Assembly: GCA_951406725.2 (NCBI GenBank)
Contig: OX597815.1
Span: 98,394,001 to 98,458,000, forward strand
Source: Octopus vulgaris
Taxonomy: Eukaryota
Length of the DNA: 64,000 nt
Reading direction: 5' to 3'
Position 1 is the stretch's first letter; every line of letters starts with the position of its first letter. Under the pieces are notes generated by a model. That model had not been told where the DNA came from. It saw only the letters and a program-made list of their open reading frames with translations, and ran no database searches. A program made the position numbers and the translations under genes. Of this stretch, positions 42,675 to 57,655 are shown piece by piece.

Positions 42675-42962
42675 ACATTACATACATGTGGCAGGGACAT
42701 AGATGAACGTCTACGTTAATGTATTAAAAAATAAGCACAAGAAAGAAGTAATGTAAAAGAACTAAACAAAATATAAAATATGGTAAAGTTTATTCATGTA
42801 TGTGTTTTTGGAAGACATGAATATAAAATAATTGCACAGCAAACAACTACACTTTGAATGAGATAATCATGTGTATGCGTGCGTGTGCGTGCGCTTGTGT
42901 GTGTGTGTGTTGCGCGCGCGCGCGCGTGTGTATGTGTGTGTATGTGTATGTGTGTGTGTGTG

Positions 42963-43009
<47 letters not shown>

Positions 43010-43729
43010 TGCGTGTGCATGTGTGTGGACGTTTGTGCGCAGAATGAATGAAATACATATCATGAACCACCGAAATGAATTTTACCTAAGCTCCCATTGT
43101 ATAAATGGCTACTTTGTATATGTGTGTCTTTATATATATCATGTGTGAGATGAATGTGTGTGTGTGTGTGTGTGTATGTGTGTGTGTACCTAAATAACAC
43201 ACATATGTATTGTTAATTAAAATACATAAAATGCAAATAAAGATAACGTAAATATGATAAGTTTCCATATCCTCACAAATGAGCAAGATTCCCACTATTT
43301 TTCCAAACAATTTCTATTACTTTCAGAACAATTGAAGATAATTCACATTTTCAACCTCATTCGAGATCTCGGAAAATACTTCGTTGAAAGAGGTGTTGAA
43401 TGAAACTTCATGCACTGAAAAACCAAAATTCAATCGTAACACATTTTATGTGGTAATGAAACTAAATAGGAACACTTTCAAATATTAACCTTCCTATCAA
43501 ATAATTTTCAGTTTATTGCTTTTGCAGACTTCGTGTTTATTATTCATCTTTACAGTTTTCTGTTCATTACTGTTTGAAGTTATGGTTTAACGTATCTGTT
43601 ACATAATGTTTAAAGGCTTCGATTTAGAAGACTATTGCAATTGCTGTTTTTCCTGTTTAACACTAGTCTTTTATCGTGCAGGCTTACCTTAATTGTGCAG
43701 GCTTACCTTTATCGTGTAGTCATTGCTCT

Positions 43730-44140
43730 GCGGTCATCCTGAGATACAAACTTGAAGGATTTAGTTTAACAAATCGATCCAGTACTGACTGTTACATCTT
43801 TTTAAAGTTTAGTACTTACTGTTTTGATATCTTAGCAGAACCGCTAAGTTACTAGCACCTAAACGAACCCACTCCAGTAGTCAACAGGCGGTAGGGAACA
43901 ACCACAAAAATATATACATAGAGACACACACATTTACGCACACACAGACAGACACACAAACACACACATACAAACACACACATTCATATTTATATATATC
44001 CACGATAGGCGTTTTTCACTGTTTTCAAGGTTTTGATCTGTCCACGGTTATAGAAGATACTGGCTTAAGGTGCCGTCCAGTGGGACTCAATGTAAAATAT
44101 CACATGCTTGGAAAGCAAGCTTCTTAATCTCTACCATGCC
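43730..44140 (-). mobile_element. Degenerate SINE (main family)
   Basis: agtactt..gcagaaccgctaagt..agaagatact..cagtgggact..gcaagcttcttaa parallels 12551-12936. Confidence 0.6.
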
Positions 44141-44685
44141 TACTTATGATCAAACAGTGTCCCACCCATGAATGTCTTCGCATTCTCCAAAACTGTACGC
44201 CTTTCGGAATGTATTCGAAGTGACTCTGTATATTCTGTATACTAAAATTGTGAGTTCATGTAAATGTAGCTGCAGTTTCTTGCAAATGCAGGCTGCCTTT
44301 CCTAGTTGACCTAGAGTTATTGTCATGACTGTCTTCCTTGTTTTCTTGTTGCTTGTTCGGTCTCATATTAACCGCCATCGGCTAGACCTACATTCAAAAT
44401 TGATCCACCACAGGCCATCTCATACTTTTCGCTACCCGGGCCTACATTATCAGATACGTCTTCCACACAGAATATAGGTTGAAGTAGATGGAACTAACGT
44501 TTCTGGTGACGCCAAAACTTTAGCAGAAGTTGAGTTCTATACAAAGGCAAAGTTCAATTGAGGTCACTGATTTAATCTTCGGTTTTAAATGTGTTGTTTC
44601 AACCAAAATCAGTCATAGTAAGACTGATCTACTATTACCGGCATTACAGCCACGTTTAATTGCCCTCTCCACGTGCAACAATCCT

Positions 44686-44717
<32 letters not shown>

Positions 44718-44718
44718 G

Positions 44719-44779
<61 letters not shown>

Positions 44780-44911
44780 GATAAGTAACAAGGATGTTCT
44801 GGAATCAGTGTATTACGGCCTGATAATACTACAACAATTATGAGTGATACTATAAATGAAAGAAGTAATAATAATATTCTTATTCTTCTTCTTCTTCTTA
44901 TTATTATTATT

Positions 44912-45017
<106 letters not shown>

Positions 45018-45459
45018 TCCCCAGCTGCAATTGTAGAGTAAGATCCCAATATCCGATATCAGGCTGTTGTGTAGTCCAAAATGTTGTTTACAAATGTATA
45101 ATAATAACTGAAGCTAGTAACGTTATTTACATCGGGTGCTTGATAAACATGAAGAACCACATTGAAAACTACCTTTCATCATAACAGCCTCTTCAGCTCT
45201 TATTATTTTCTGAATTAAAGGCTATATAGAGGTAGCAAAACATGCAGCAATGACCCCAAAAATGTATGTCCTCAAATACCTTACGCTGTATATAAATACC
45301 CTGTATATAAATCTATATATACCCACAAATAATATATGCATATTTATCTCTCTATCTCTCTCTATCTCTATCTCTCTCTCTATATATATATGTATCTACA
45401 CACATGCAGAGAAATGCATATATATATATATATATGTATGTATATATATATATATATAT

Positions 45460-45678
<219 letters not shown>

Positions 45679-46023
45679 TGACATATACATACGAGCATTT
45701 TCTTCAACTTAAATATATTTTTTACGTGAGTATATGTGCATGTGACATATGAGAATGCATTTCATAGTGGACAAGTAAACGACCACTTGTCTGTCTATGC
45801 AAATCCAAAATACATTACACACAACATATTCAGATTTCTCTAGTGCACTCAACTGGCAAAATTGACTACTTGTATTTGAATGGGTCACCATTGTCACATT
45901 CATTGTCAGGCAGAATCTCCCTGAGGTCTACGTTAAGAGTTCTTTTGATCGGATTCACTAAAACTCCCGTCGCCGTAACTTATGTAATACCAGGCTATCT
46001 TTTGTGTATGTATAAATATATAT

Positions 46024-46062
<39 letters not shown>

Positions 46063-46420
46063 GGCGCAGGATTGGGTGCGTGGTGAGAAGCTTGCTTCTC
46101 AAACACAAGATTTCAAGTTCTGTCCCACTGCGCAGCACCTTGGGTTAGTGTCTGCTACTATATATATATATATATATATATATAAATGACATATATATAT
46201 ATATATATTTATGGATGTATGTATTTGTGTGACTGTGCTTGTCCTCGGAAATCGCTTTACACCGATGTTGGTGTGTTTATGCCCCCTTAACTTAACGGTT
46301 CGGAAAACGAAAACGACAAAATGAGAACTAGGCTTTCAAAGAATAAGTCCTAGTGTCGATTCGTTCGACTAAAGGCGGTGCTCCAGCATGTCCGGAGAGC
46401 AATGACTGAAGCAAGTAAGG
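46063..46420 (+). mobile_element. SINE (main family)
   Basis: ggcgcagg head; tail gactaaaggcggtgctccagcatg..aatgactgaagcaagtaa. Confidence 0.8.
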
Positions 46421-46450
46421 GAATTTAAATATATATATATATATATATAT

Positions 46451-46583
46451 ACCAACCACATGGTTCCGGTTCAGTCCCACAGCGTGGCACTTTAAGCAAG
46501 TGTCTTCTACTTTAGCCTCGTGTTGACCAAAGCCTTGTGGATTTGGTGTATGGAAACTGGAAGAAGCCCGTCGTATATATAAT

Positions 46584-46645
<62 letters not shown>

Positions 46646-46850
46646 TGTATGTCTGTGTTTGCCTCCCCCCTCACAACATCGCTTGACAACAGATGGTCTG
46701 TTTAGGTCCCCGTAACCAAGCGGTTCGACAAAATAGACTGATAGAATAAGTACTAGGTTTACAAAGAATAAGTCCTGTGGGTCGATTTGCTCGACTGAAT
46801 GCGGTGCTCCAGCATGGCCACAGTCAAATGACTGAAACAAGTAAAAGAAA
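46451..46850 (+). mobile_element. 5'-clipped SINE (main family), tandem to the previous copy
   Basis: accaaccacatggttccggttcagtccc..tail cagtcaaatgactgaaacaagtaaaaga. Confidence 0.85.
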
Positions 46851-47122
46851 TGAGAGTATATATATATAGATGTAGATATGTATATATACTTTGTCAGTAA
46901 CGTCATGGTTTTGATAATGACTATTATCACTATAATGCTCATAATTACCTGCGCTACCTACTTCTCATTCTCCTCAGCATCACTAACAGCTTAGTCATAA
47001 TCAGTTTAATCTGAAGTGCAACGAACACATTTTATTCACTTTAAATGTCATTCTCTCGCAGCCACAGTGTAAACATACACGTAAAAGCACACCGCAAAGC
47101 TATATACATATATATATATAAA

Positions 47123-47155
<33 letters not shown>

Positions 47156-47507
47156 GCATTAATATTTATTCATATATATATATATTCATATATATGTATA
47201 TTTGTAAATATGTATATATATATATGTATATATATATATATACGTATGTATATACATATGTGTGTGTGTGTGTTGTCTATGTTTATGTATATATATACAT
47301 GTGTGTTTGTATGTATATGGAAAGAGACAGGGAGAATGCCTACCACCATGTCACAAAGTGAATAGACGATCTGATGCCAAAGCACAATTAAGACAGCATT
47401 CAGTATTTCAATATTTCTCTTGTAAGATTCATCACCTCAAATATTTTAGCGAATATTTCTGCCTTATGTTATATACATATATACATATACATATATATAC
47501 ATACATG

Positions 47508-47573
<66 letters not shown>

Positions 47574-47763
47574 TTTATGTATATTCATATATGTGTTTAT
47601 ATATTTATGTCTTTATGCGGGGTGACATGGGGGAGTGTGGGCATTTGTGTGTATGAGCATAATATACAAACTTAACGGCAGGGAATACATATATATCATT
47701 ATATACTCGCATATATATACATGAATACATACATGCATGCATATACATATGCATGTGCGTATT

Positions 47764-47801
<38 letters not shown>

Positions 47802-48300
47802 AGTGAGTGTATACGCATCTGTATCTATATATTAATTTATGTATTGATGTATAGATGTGTGCTTCTATTTGTCCGTGTTCACATCCGTGTGCATGTGCGT
47901 GCATCTAAGTGTGTGTAAATACTCTACGTACGTATCTCTCTATGATAAATAGAGCTTAATACGCTTCTTAGAGTATATTATATTTTTAGCCCAAAAAAAA
48001 TAACAGTTTCCTTGATTTTCGCCCGGTAGGCTTTTCAAGCTGAATATCAAATAAAGCTGAACATTTGCTGATTTATTCATGTCTGGGTCATAGAGGTGAT
48101 AAGAAAAGCAACGATAATGTGATCGATAGTGATTATAGTATATTTATTCTGTGATGTATTGCTGTGACAAACCCTTTCGCAACAGCAGTCTCATTCTATA
48201 ACTATTTAAAGACGTTAAACTAGGAATAAGAAAAATTTACGGTGAGATAGCCGAAGGCTAAATATATCGCCTGTTTTAAATGTACTTTTGTGTGTGTGTA

Positions 48301-48352
<52 letters not shown>

Positions 48353-48379
48353 GGTGTGTGTGTGGGGTGGGGTGTATAC

Positions 48380-48428
<49 letters not shown>

Positions 48429-48891
48429 TATATATATATGTATGTATGCATGTATGTAAAAGCATAAGTGTGTGCATATGTGTTTGTGTGCGCATGCTCG
48501 TGCGTGGATGACCTTTAATTTCTTAAATTCTTCGTTTTTTTACAGGTTTTGTGTTTCATTCCATAGTGGCTCTTCAACAAGCAAGCTTGATGTTGCCTGT
48601 TTACCGGCTTATAGCCGGAGCAGGAGCAGGTTTTACAAATCTACAAGAGTACCAGCAACCAGATCAAGGCTAGTTGACACTGTATACATATATACATAAA
48701 CACATACGAACAAATGGAGCGCCTGCACGCACGCACACACACACATATATAAACTAACTTAAGTTCATATAGATATACACACACATTGAAAAGTGCGAGC
48801 ATGAAAAGACATATTCTTAAGATTATAAACCTGGAAAAGTACAGCACATGTTTTTACACCTGTGAAAGTATGACACCAGCTAATAATTCTA

Positions 48892-48962
48892 GCTATGGCG
48901 TTGTGGTTAAAAGCGCGGGCTGCTAACTCCAAGATTCCGAGTTCGATTCCAAGCAGTGACCT
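48892..48962 (+). pseudogene. tRNA-like sequence (tRNA pseudogene or SINE head; GCT anticodon-like loop)
   Basis: A-box tggcgttgtgg, anticodon-like gggctgctaactc, B-box gagttcgattcc; acceptor stem incomplete. Confidence 0.6.
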
Positions 48963-49099
48963 CCACCTCATTTTTTCTGAACCAAAATAAGGGATATGCA
49001 GTATATTAGGAGGTCAGGGTACTTGATTCCACGCAAAAAATCAAATTTTTTTCTTAGTGAAAATCGTGTGGGTGCTAATATATAAATTGACCATAGTGT

Positions 49100-49290
49100 T
49101 GCTGTTGTTTAGCCTTAAATCAACCCCGATACTGCAAACGTATCATCAAAGGCATTACAGCCTTCAGCAAACCGTCTTTTTAGGGATAATATAGGACATT
49201 ACATACAATGGGCGTGTGATTTAGGTAGGGGCATACTTTGACTGCTATTTTTAGAATGTCGAACGATCAGGTAGAGGCTCTTTCATTTGT
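49100..49290 (+). repeat. Degenerate interspersed repeat (third family)
   Basis: atcaaaggcattacagcc..ttgactgctatttttag..gtagaggctc; similar words at 10370-10415 and 57198-57230. Confidence 0.4.
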
Positions 49291-51038
49291 TCGATTGCGT
49301 GATGATATTTTTTTACACATGTATGTAATATTTATATATACCATCAGCAGAAGTTACTCTCTAAGTCAAAAGCTGAGAGTTTCGTGTATTGGCACTTATC
49401 AAACACGAATTTGTCCATTGTAACTCTAACTTCTGACGAAATACTGCTTCTAACGTACAAAATTTTGTCAAAAACTTTAAGAATAAACTCTTTTCTATGC
49501 GACATATTCTAACAGTATCAGACGTTTGAAAGTGTTTATTTAAAACAAAAAAAAAATCGTACATCAAAGCTGATGTCGGCGAAATTTGAACTCAAACCTA
49601 AGCATTTCGGTCGGCGTGCTAAGGTTTCTGCCAACTCACCGACTTAGATTTTAAGCATTCATTTTAGAAATATATTCTTTATTCTTATTGCATAAGCGTT
49701 ACTTCTTACTTCCTTACTTACTTTCTTAATACCTCATAACTGTTTTTCTACTAATTTTTGTTCAATGCAACCAACGATTCTGAATTCCTCACGCATTTTT
49801 CTATCATTTAAGCCTAAGAAAAGTATACTTTTAGTTTAAAATTAAAAAATTTATGTTAACCGAAGATGAATATCTGCCTTACTGCTGACTTAAGGTCTGA
49901 CATATTTTGATGTAACTTTTTTCTGCTGAACCAAATCTCAAACCGTTTATGCCAAAGTGTAACTGAGGAGGTGTTCCCTTTAAAGCTATTAACAGTTTGC
50001 AATTTAGTTGAGAACTGAATTAGTGGTGAAGCTTGGAATCTGCTGCGACAGACGAATTGATGGATTTAAGAGTATATTCTACAACTACAGTGGTTGAATG
50101 ATTTATGATTACTTCAAACGCTATGTCTTATCGTAATGGATTATCATCTAGCGAACGTACACCCACAAGTAAGGCCAAATCAACATACATTGATGTTGTT
50201 TAGAAGTATAAAATAATTCAGTTCAATTTTTTAGTAATTTTCTACGAAGCTAGGTTGAGTTGTAATGGGGTACTCTCGGTGGATCATTTGCTGTGTTGAT
50301 GCAACATACAAATACATCCTTGACCGTATCAAAATTAATGTCGGACGCGAAATTACCAGGAAATTATTTCCCATCAACCTCTGACATTTTCAGCTGACTT
50401 ATGTTTTTCTTCTCTCGACCCATATTGTATGCACCTTTCAGCTCATACACTGATTATTATACCACGCGTTTCAAGTCATACCATCCTTTCTCAGGATTTC
50501 CCTCCATCTAAATGTTGTTTTCGTTTTTATCCTGAAGCTGTGAACTGATGTGCTAATATATTTAATGTCATTTTCTCTTGCTACAATTTATATCTATGAG
50601 ATGTAGCTGGACCTTAAAGGAAAATATAATTTAAATTATGAGATATTTATGTTTATCATTCAGTAGGTCTGTATTGCCGACATAATTATTTTAGACAGTT
50701 ATAACTAGGAAACGATTTTTCTTTTCTATGTTCACCATAGAATGGCTAAAAGCATAACATTTATTCTGCTATAAAAGCATTTTGATGGCTAATTGTGTCC
50801 CACAGTTAATCCCGCTTACAAAACACCGTTATTTCCACTGATGATGAGACAGTGAATGTCTATAAATTCTCATGGACCAATGGATTTATAGAATTGAATG
50901 TCTGGAAATAGAACAAACGATAAATATGCTTAAGACATCTTTTAAAAATGAGAAAATGGTCAGACTAGGACAAAGAAGTGTCTTTTGTATATTTCCGAAG
51001 ATCACTATATGTGTGTGCGCAACACGGCTATATATATG

Positions 51039-51120
<82 letters not shown>

Positions 51121-53403
51121 CACAAGCATACACATACAGAGTCACAGACACACACTCACACACAAATATAAATATTATTCTTGTCAAGTCAGCTTCTAGC
51201 TACTCAGAGCTTCATCTGTCAGGCACAAAGGATTTTCTGGTAAAGTGTCACAACTTGCTTAAATATCCTGTGTCAACAGATGAAACTCAGAGCAGCAAGA
51301 GACTCACTCGCACAATTAAATATTAATCTTTACCATGGTGTTGAGAACTCTTTTCTTTTTTCTGATAGTTAATACTGAATGTATTTGCGCGCGCGGGCGG
51401 GTGTATTCATTCTTCTTTACATTTTTGTTTTCTATGAACTAAAACCTGATACACGATACGCACTTTCAAGCACCGTAATAATTCGTCAATCACAAAGATC
51501 GTCAAAAGTAAGAAAGATAAAGGTCAGCCTACTGACACTACAACGTCTATCACGTAATACAGTGTAATTTATGTTTGACTGAGAAATAGCATAACCTCAA
51601 CCACCCCACACCCACGCTGAACAAACAGATCGTATTAAGTGTGTTCTGTATACAAAATATGAAATGTTATCCTTTCTAAATAAGGGCAACAGACGAAGAT
51701 CCAATGGAATGACACATCATTTAATATCTTGTATTATATTTCGTTACAAAATTTGAAAGTTCGCTGGAGATAGCTTTCTCTATACAAACACACAAACACG
51801 CACACACGCGCGCACACACATACACGCGCGCACACATATACACCCACGCGCGCGTACAGGCTTTGATTTTCCGTCACTTATCTTTAACTAACACCATATT
51901 TAAACAAATTCAGTGTAATGACGGTTTGTATTATTTAAGTGTATAATTTAAGTGTCTTATTTAAGTCTATTTTTTAAGATGCGTTACCATTCTTCTTTAA
52001 CTGTATATTTTTCATCTGCATATGTTTTGCATCTATATTTGCCTCCTTTAAAATAGTGCAGACGCAATATAAAGTTAGAACAGAAGGAACATTTCCCAAA
52101 TCATGCTGGCACGAGCTTCTAGACTTATAGGAGAAATAGTAGAATAAGCCTGAAATCATGATTTATTCATGTACGGTAGATCTGGTTGGAATGCTGCAAT
52201 AGAGCGCACCTAATTTGAGGAACTCAAGAACGGAAATATATTCTTATCTTGAGCGAAAATCAAGTCTACGTCTGTATATTTTCTATCTAATCTCGATGAA
52301 AAGGCTCGTGTCGATCTATGTCTACGCCACAAACATTTCGCTAACGTGAACTAAAAGGTATTGAACCGGTAGTCATGTATTTGTGAACCGAACTTTCTTC
52401 ACCATATGCCTACACCTATGCCCTTTTCGACAAATTCTAATTCTTACTTGTGTTTGTTTACTTAGGCTGGTGTCGGTATATTCATAGGCAGCTTCGCGTG
52501 GCAATGCGTGTTTTCGTCAGTTTGTGTGTTTATAGTTTTGAGTGAATGATAGTTACGTGCGTGTTTAATGCTAGCGCGCTCCGACTTTCAATCATAGTGT
52601 TGTTTATATTTTTACTTGCATCGTTGGGGATGACATTTTAACTTTTAAATATGTGAAATTATCATAGATATTATATACATCGTTCTTATTCTATTTCTTT
52701 ACTAGGAGAGGGATTGGCGCTGCAGTATCCTTAAGTAAAAAAAAAAAAAAAGATTAAATATATTTTGTAAAATAGAGAAATACAACATCAGTTGGGATGA
52801 ATGAATTGCGTAAAAGTTCAGGGTTAGAATAACCTAGGTCATTCAGTGTTAACGTGGATTATAAACATTTTCCACTAGAAAATAATAGAGGAAAGAAAAA
52901 ATATATTAGTCTCCCACTTCACGCAAGCACGTGAGTCAACTCCCGATGTATTTCTCCCTTTTACTGTCTTGTTCAGTGGAGTATAACATATGACGATGTT
53001 TGCGGTATTACTACTGGACGAAGCTGTAAATCTTCATAAATGTATATTTTTTGGTGTAGAAAAAAACACAGAATTGCTTAGAAATTAACCGGAGGAACAA
53101 ACTACGTGCAGCTAAAAGAAAAATTCAGTGTTATGGATATCAAGGCATGACAACACTTATAAGCTAAAAATAAATGTGTTGACAAAAAATTTACGTTAGT
53201 CGAAAACTATTTGTTCCGGCAAGTAATAAAGTCAACTCCTGACTTGTTCCTGTACTTTCTCTTGTTCATTCTTTCTACCCTCATCGTCATTCTTATTTCG
53301 CGTCGATGTTCGTATCTTGTATCTTCTAAGAATTCGAATCATCTTTAATTTCATTTTTCTATAAATTCATTGTTAATTTTCCCAGGATTCGAATCATTTC
53401 TAA

Positions 53404-53703
<300 letters not shown>

Positions 53704-53711
53704 ACACACGC

Positions 53712-53812
<101 letters not shown>

Positions 53813-55269
53813 ATTTATATGTAAATTGCAATAGACGGTAAGAAATCATACTTAACAATAATATTTGTGTGATTACACTTAACTGCTCTACTTTGGTGAA
53901 GAGACTTACCACTGAATGTGGTCATTCTTGTCATTTTGACACTTTTTGCAATGTTTGTATTATTTCCTCTATGTGTATATTACATAATGCTGATATCTGT
54001 CTTCGTGTCATATTTGTTTATAAACTTAATATTTCTATGAAATAGTTTCCACAGTTAGAAAATGTGGAAAACGTATCATATTGCTGGAATACGTTTTACT
54101 GAACTTGACAACAACAATGTGAGGTATGTGCATGGTGATTCAGAATGAAGCCATTGAAATGCGAGATGTAGTGTCTTCTCTGGAGGGTGAGGGAATGAGA
54201 GCAAGCAAAAATACTCCACTGAGATAATCAGAAACACACTTCACCAGGCTTATACCGAAGAACACAGGCTTGTATTGCAGTACGTGGCCCAACGAAGCAG
54301 AAATATCACAGTCAGGTCATTGATAGTAAAATTGGAGCTTGACTTGTCAATCTTATTGTGCAATATAAATGGATGGTGTGGGTTGATGAGGAATGGTATT
54401 TAATTGGAGATACGGCTGAGCAAAGATTTGAAAGCCCTTATGATTATAGGTCCATTCTGAAGTTGTTCCTTGTCATGGGTGCAGAAACTGAAGCAATGAA
54501 ACTTTCAGTACAGAATCGAAATCTTACTTGTTGCAATTTAGGCAACAAAATCACATGGGAGCTTCTGCCCAAGAAACTAAAGCGAGAGAGAGAGATAAAG
54601 AAAGAGAGAGAGAAAGAGATATGAGTGCGATGGAGGGAGATGAGTGCGAGAGAAAGAGAGAGAGAGAGAGAGAAAGTTTTTGGCAAATAGCAACAGCAGA
54701 ATTGCCGACAACAACAGTAGGTAGCAGGAGCTGCTGTTCCAACGGCACCAAATTCCGATGCTACAGAAATAGTAGCAGAGATCGCCTCATTCTTGATCCC
54801 AGGGAGCGGTGATGCTGAACGCCCTGCCCTTCCATCAGCGGTAACGACACATCTCATTGCGAAGATTGTAAGTGGCTGATCTTTGAAAAGAAAAGGCAAA
54901 AAGAAGACACAAGTTGCAAAGAGCAAATGTTTTGCAAAATACGTACAAGCAGAGGATTCCACTCGACAGGACTCTATGAATTTTGCTGTTGTGAGATTGT
55001 GCAGCTTGTGGCTTAGGCGAGAGCTGAACGTCAGTAAGACCGATTGAATTGATATGATGCATAAAGATTCTTCACAGAGGGCTAATACACAGACAGAGAA
55101 TGAAAACAACGATAATTATCGGACTAAATATCTCCCAGTATTCAGTTAAACTCATTTGCTTTTCTGAATTCAAACTTCATCTTAAATAACGTTGTCCTTG
55201 AAATATATACCAAATATTTTACTGGTGCTAGTTATATTCGCTGACATCTCCTCCTAACATTTATTATTA

Positions 55270-55870
55270 TAGTTGCTATCAGTCTGCAAATGGCGGAGGA
55301 TTACTAGATTACATTGTTCTTTGGAAGTATTTGTTTCAGCTTTTTACCATATAAGTTCAAATTCTGCCGAGATCGATAAAATACAATACGAACCAAATAT
55401 TTGGGTCTACGGTATCGGTAAGATCTTTCACTGAAAACTGCTGAAAGAGTGCCTAATTTAGAAATAATTACCAATCTTATTAATGAACGATGAAGGCTGG
55501 TGGAGCGACAGTATCGTTAAAGCGCTGGACAAAATTCCTTGCAGTATTTGTTCTAGCGCTTTGCACTATGAGTTCAAAACTCGCTAAGGTCAACGTTGTC
55601 TTTCATCATTCCGGGGTCGATATAATTAGGTACCAGTAAAGTACTGTATTTGATTTAATCGGCTAAATCCTTTGTTGAAATATATAGACATGATCCTATG
55701 AAAGAGACTATTATCAAGACGGTGGATCGTCAGAGTCGTTAGAACGGAATGTAGCACGCAAAATGTAATCACGCCGAAGTCAAATTTGCTTTTAATCTTT
55801 TCAGGGTCGATAAAACAAAGTATCATTCAAGTAGTGGGGTCGATATAATCAACTAACTCCATTCCGCCAA
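55270..55870 (+). mobile_element. Cluster of three degenerate second-family SINEs
   Basis: Repeated agttcaaa B-box and tttcatcattccggggtcgata..gtaccagt / tttaatcttttcagggtcgataaaac cores. Confidence 0.6.
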
Positions 55871-55892
55871 AATTTGAAATCATCATATCACT

Positions 55893-55954
<62 letters not shown>

Positions 55955-55971
55955 TGTTATTGTTATTGTTA

Positions 55972-56032
<61 letters not shown>

Positions 56033-57439
56033 CGTCATCGTCGCCATGGCTGTTATCATCAACATCATTATCAGTATTATGATAATAAAATTGTGAATTT
56101 TATTTTTAGGTTGTCTTTTGTTCAGTTTGACCGGGAGACAGCCAGCATGTAATAGCTCTTATATCCCGGCAATGGCCTCTTCACAATGGCACAGATCTCT
56201 CTTATCGCTTAAGGCCATACATGAGTTCCTCTAGCGAATAAAAAGAGTTGTTATCTGTATTGGTGCGTATGATTGCATAGTAAATATTTTTTTTTCATTC
56301 TTTCCAGCCGGTAACATTGTTAGAGCTGTTCTCACCCCAGGTGTCTGAAAGCCTGGATCCTTCGTTACACACTGGTCTCTATAGAAGTCATTTTCGGCCT
56401 TCTCTTGCCTAATGGACATTATCAGGCAGATGAATGAAATGCCATGCATGCTGAAAGCCACTAAATAACCGGGACACCAATGCACAGCGTATTGATGCCT
56501 TGTGGTTTCTATATATCTCCCTAACTCCCTTACCATTATTTCGCGTTGACATGACTTTCGCTTCCCACACGTATTATTATTTTTATATGTCTCTTTATTG
56601 AAGTACATAACAAGATATCTCTTATTTATATTTATTCATGACTTTCGTTTTCTCTTATTTCTTTTCGTTAGATATTTATGCTTGTTTTCGTGGTAAAACG
56701 TTATTTGAACAGACATTAAGGAAATAAGGAGACTTTTTATATTTACTTCTATGTTTGATTTGTTTCATAATATTATGTGGTGTATTTTGTCTACTGTATA
56801 TGTTGTATTCAAATAGCTGCTTTTCTGCGATGTTTTATTTATATGTTGTTGTCAGTGAATCATCGTTATGTACAGCAGATATTCTGAGCCTAATGTCTAC
56901 TCACTTTTATAAATGTTACTTCACAACTCCAACGCTTAATAACAAATAACACCACTACCACAACACCACCACCAACACCACCAACACCAAAACCACCACC
57001 ACCAACAACAACAACAACAAAAACAATACGAACAACAACAACAACAAATATAACAAGGAAAATAGTAAAATGGAAGACATCATACACACTTTAAACGATA
57101 TTCACAAAATCCAACAGGATTTTTGTGAGGAAGTTTTCAGTAAAGATATTCTTGATAATATTATTGTTATTACTAAGTCTCATACGAACAGTCGTATGGT
57201 CAAAGCCATTCCAAAAGTGACCCTCCCGGATTTTTTATAATCACTACACTAGGGAATGTATCGTTTATTATTTATCATATCTTAGTCTGATTTGAGCGAG
57301 GCCTGATTGGTTTTTCCATAGAATGTTTTGTAATTTCAGCAACCATTTAATGACTTACTTTTTAGTCTATCTGGTTTCAGAAACCTAACAGTTATAGAGC
57401 TGATTGGTATCTTATCGATACTTGGTGTGAAATAGAAAC

Positions 57440-57655
57440 ATTGGTTTCAAATTTTGGCACAAGGCCAGCAAATTTGGGAGTGGGAATAAATTGATTACAT
57501 CGATCCCATTATTCAACTGGTACTCATTTTATCGAACCCAAAAGAGTTAAACGCCAAGTCGATCCTGGGGCCATTTGAATTCCGATCGTAAAGACTGGTG
57601 AAATACTGCTAAGCACTTTCCCAACATACAGGTGATTCTGGCAACTCGCGTTCTT
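57440..57655 (-). mobile_element. Second-family SINE
   Basis: atcgatccca..actggtactcattttatcga..aagtcgatc..atttgaattc is the reverse complement of the 8470 family. Confidence 0.65.

Noticed and set aside
48892-48962. Functional tRNA-Ser(GCT) gene
   Set aside because: Acceptor stem is incomplete and there is no long variable arm; treated as a pseudogene/SINE head.
54444-55109. 221-aa minus-strand ORF as a host gene
   Set aside because: Non-ATG start, passes through a (CT)n tract, no recognisable motif.
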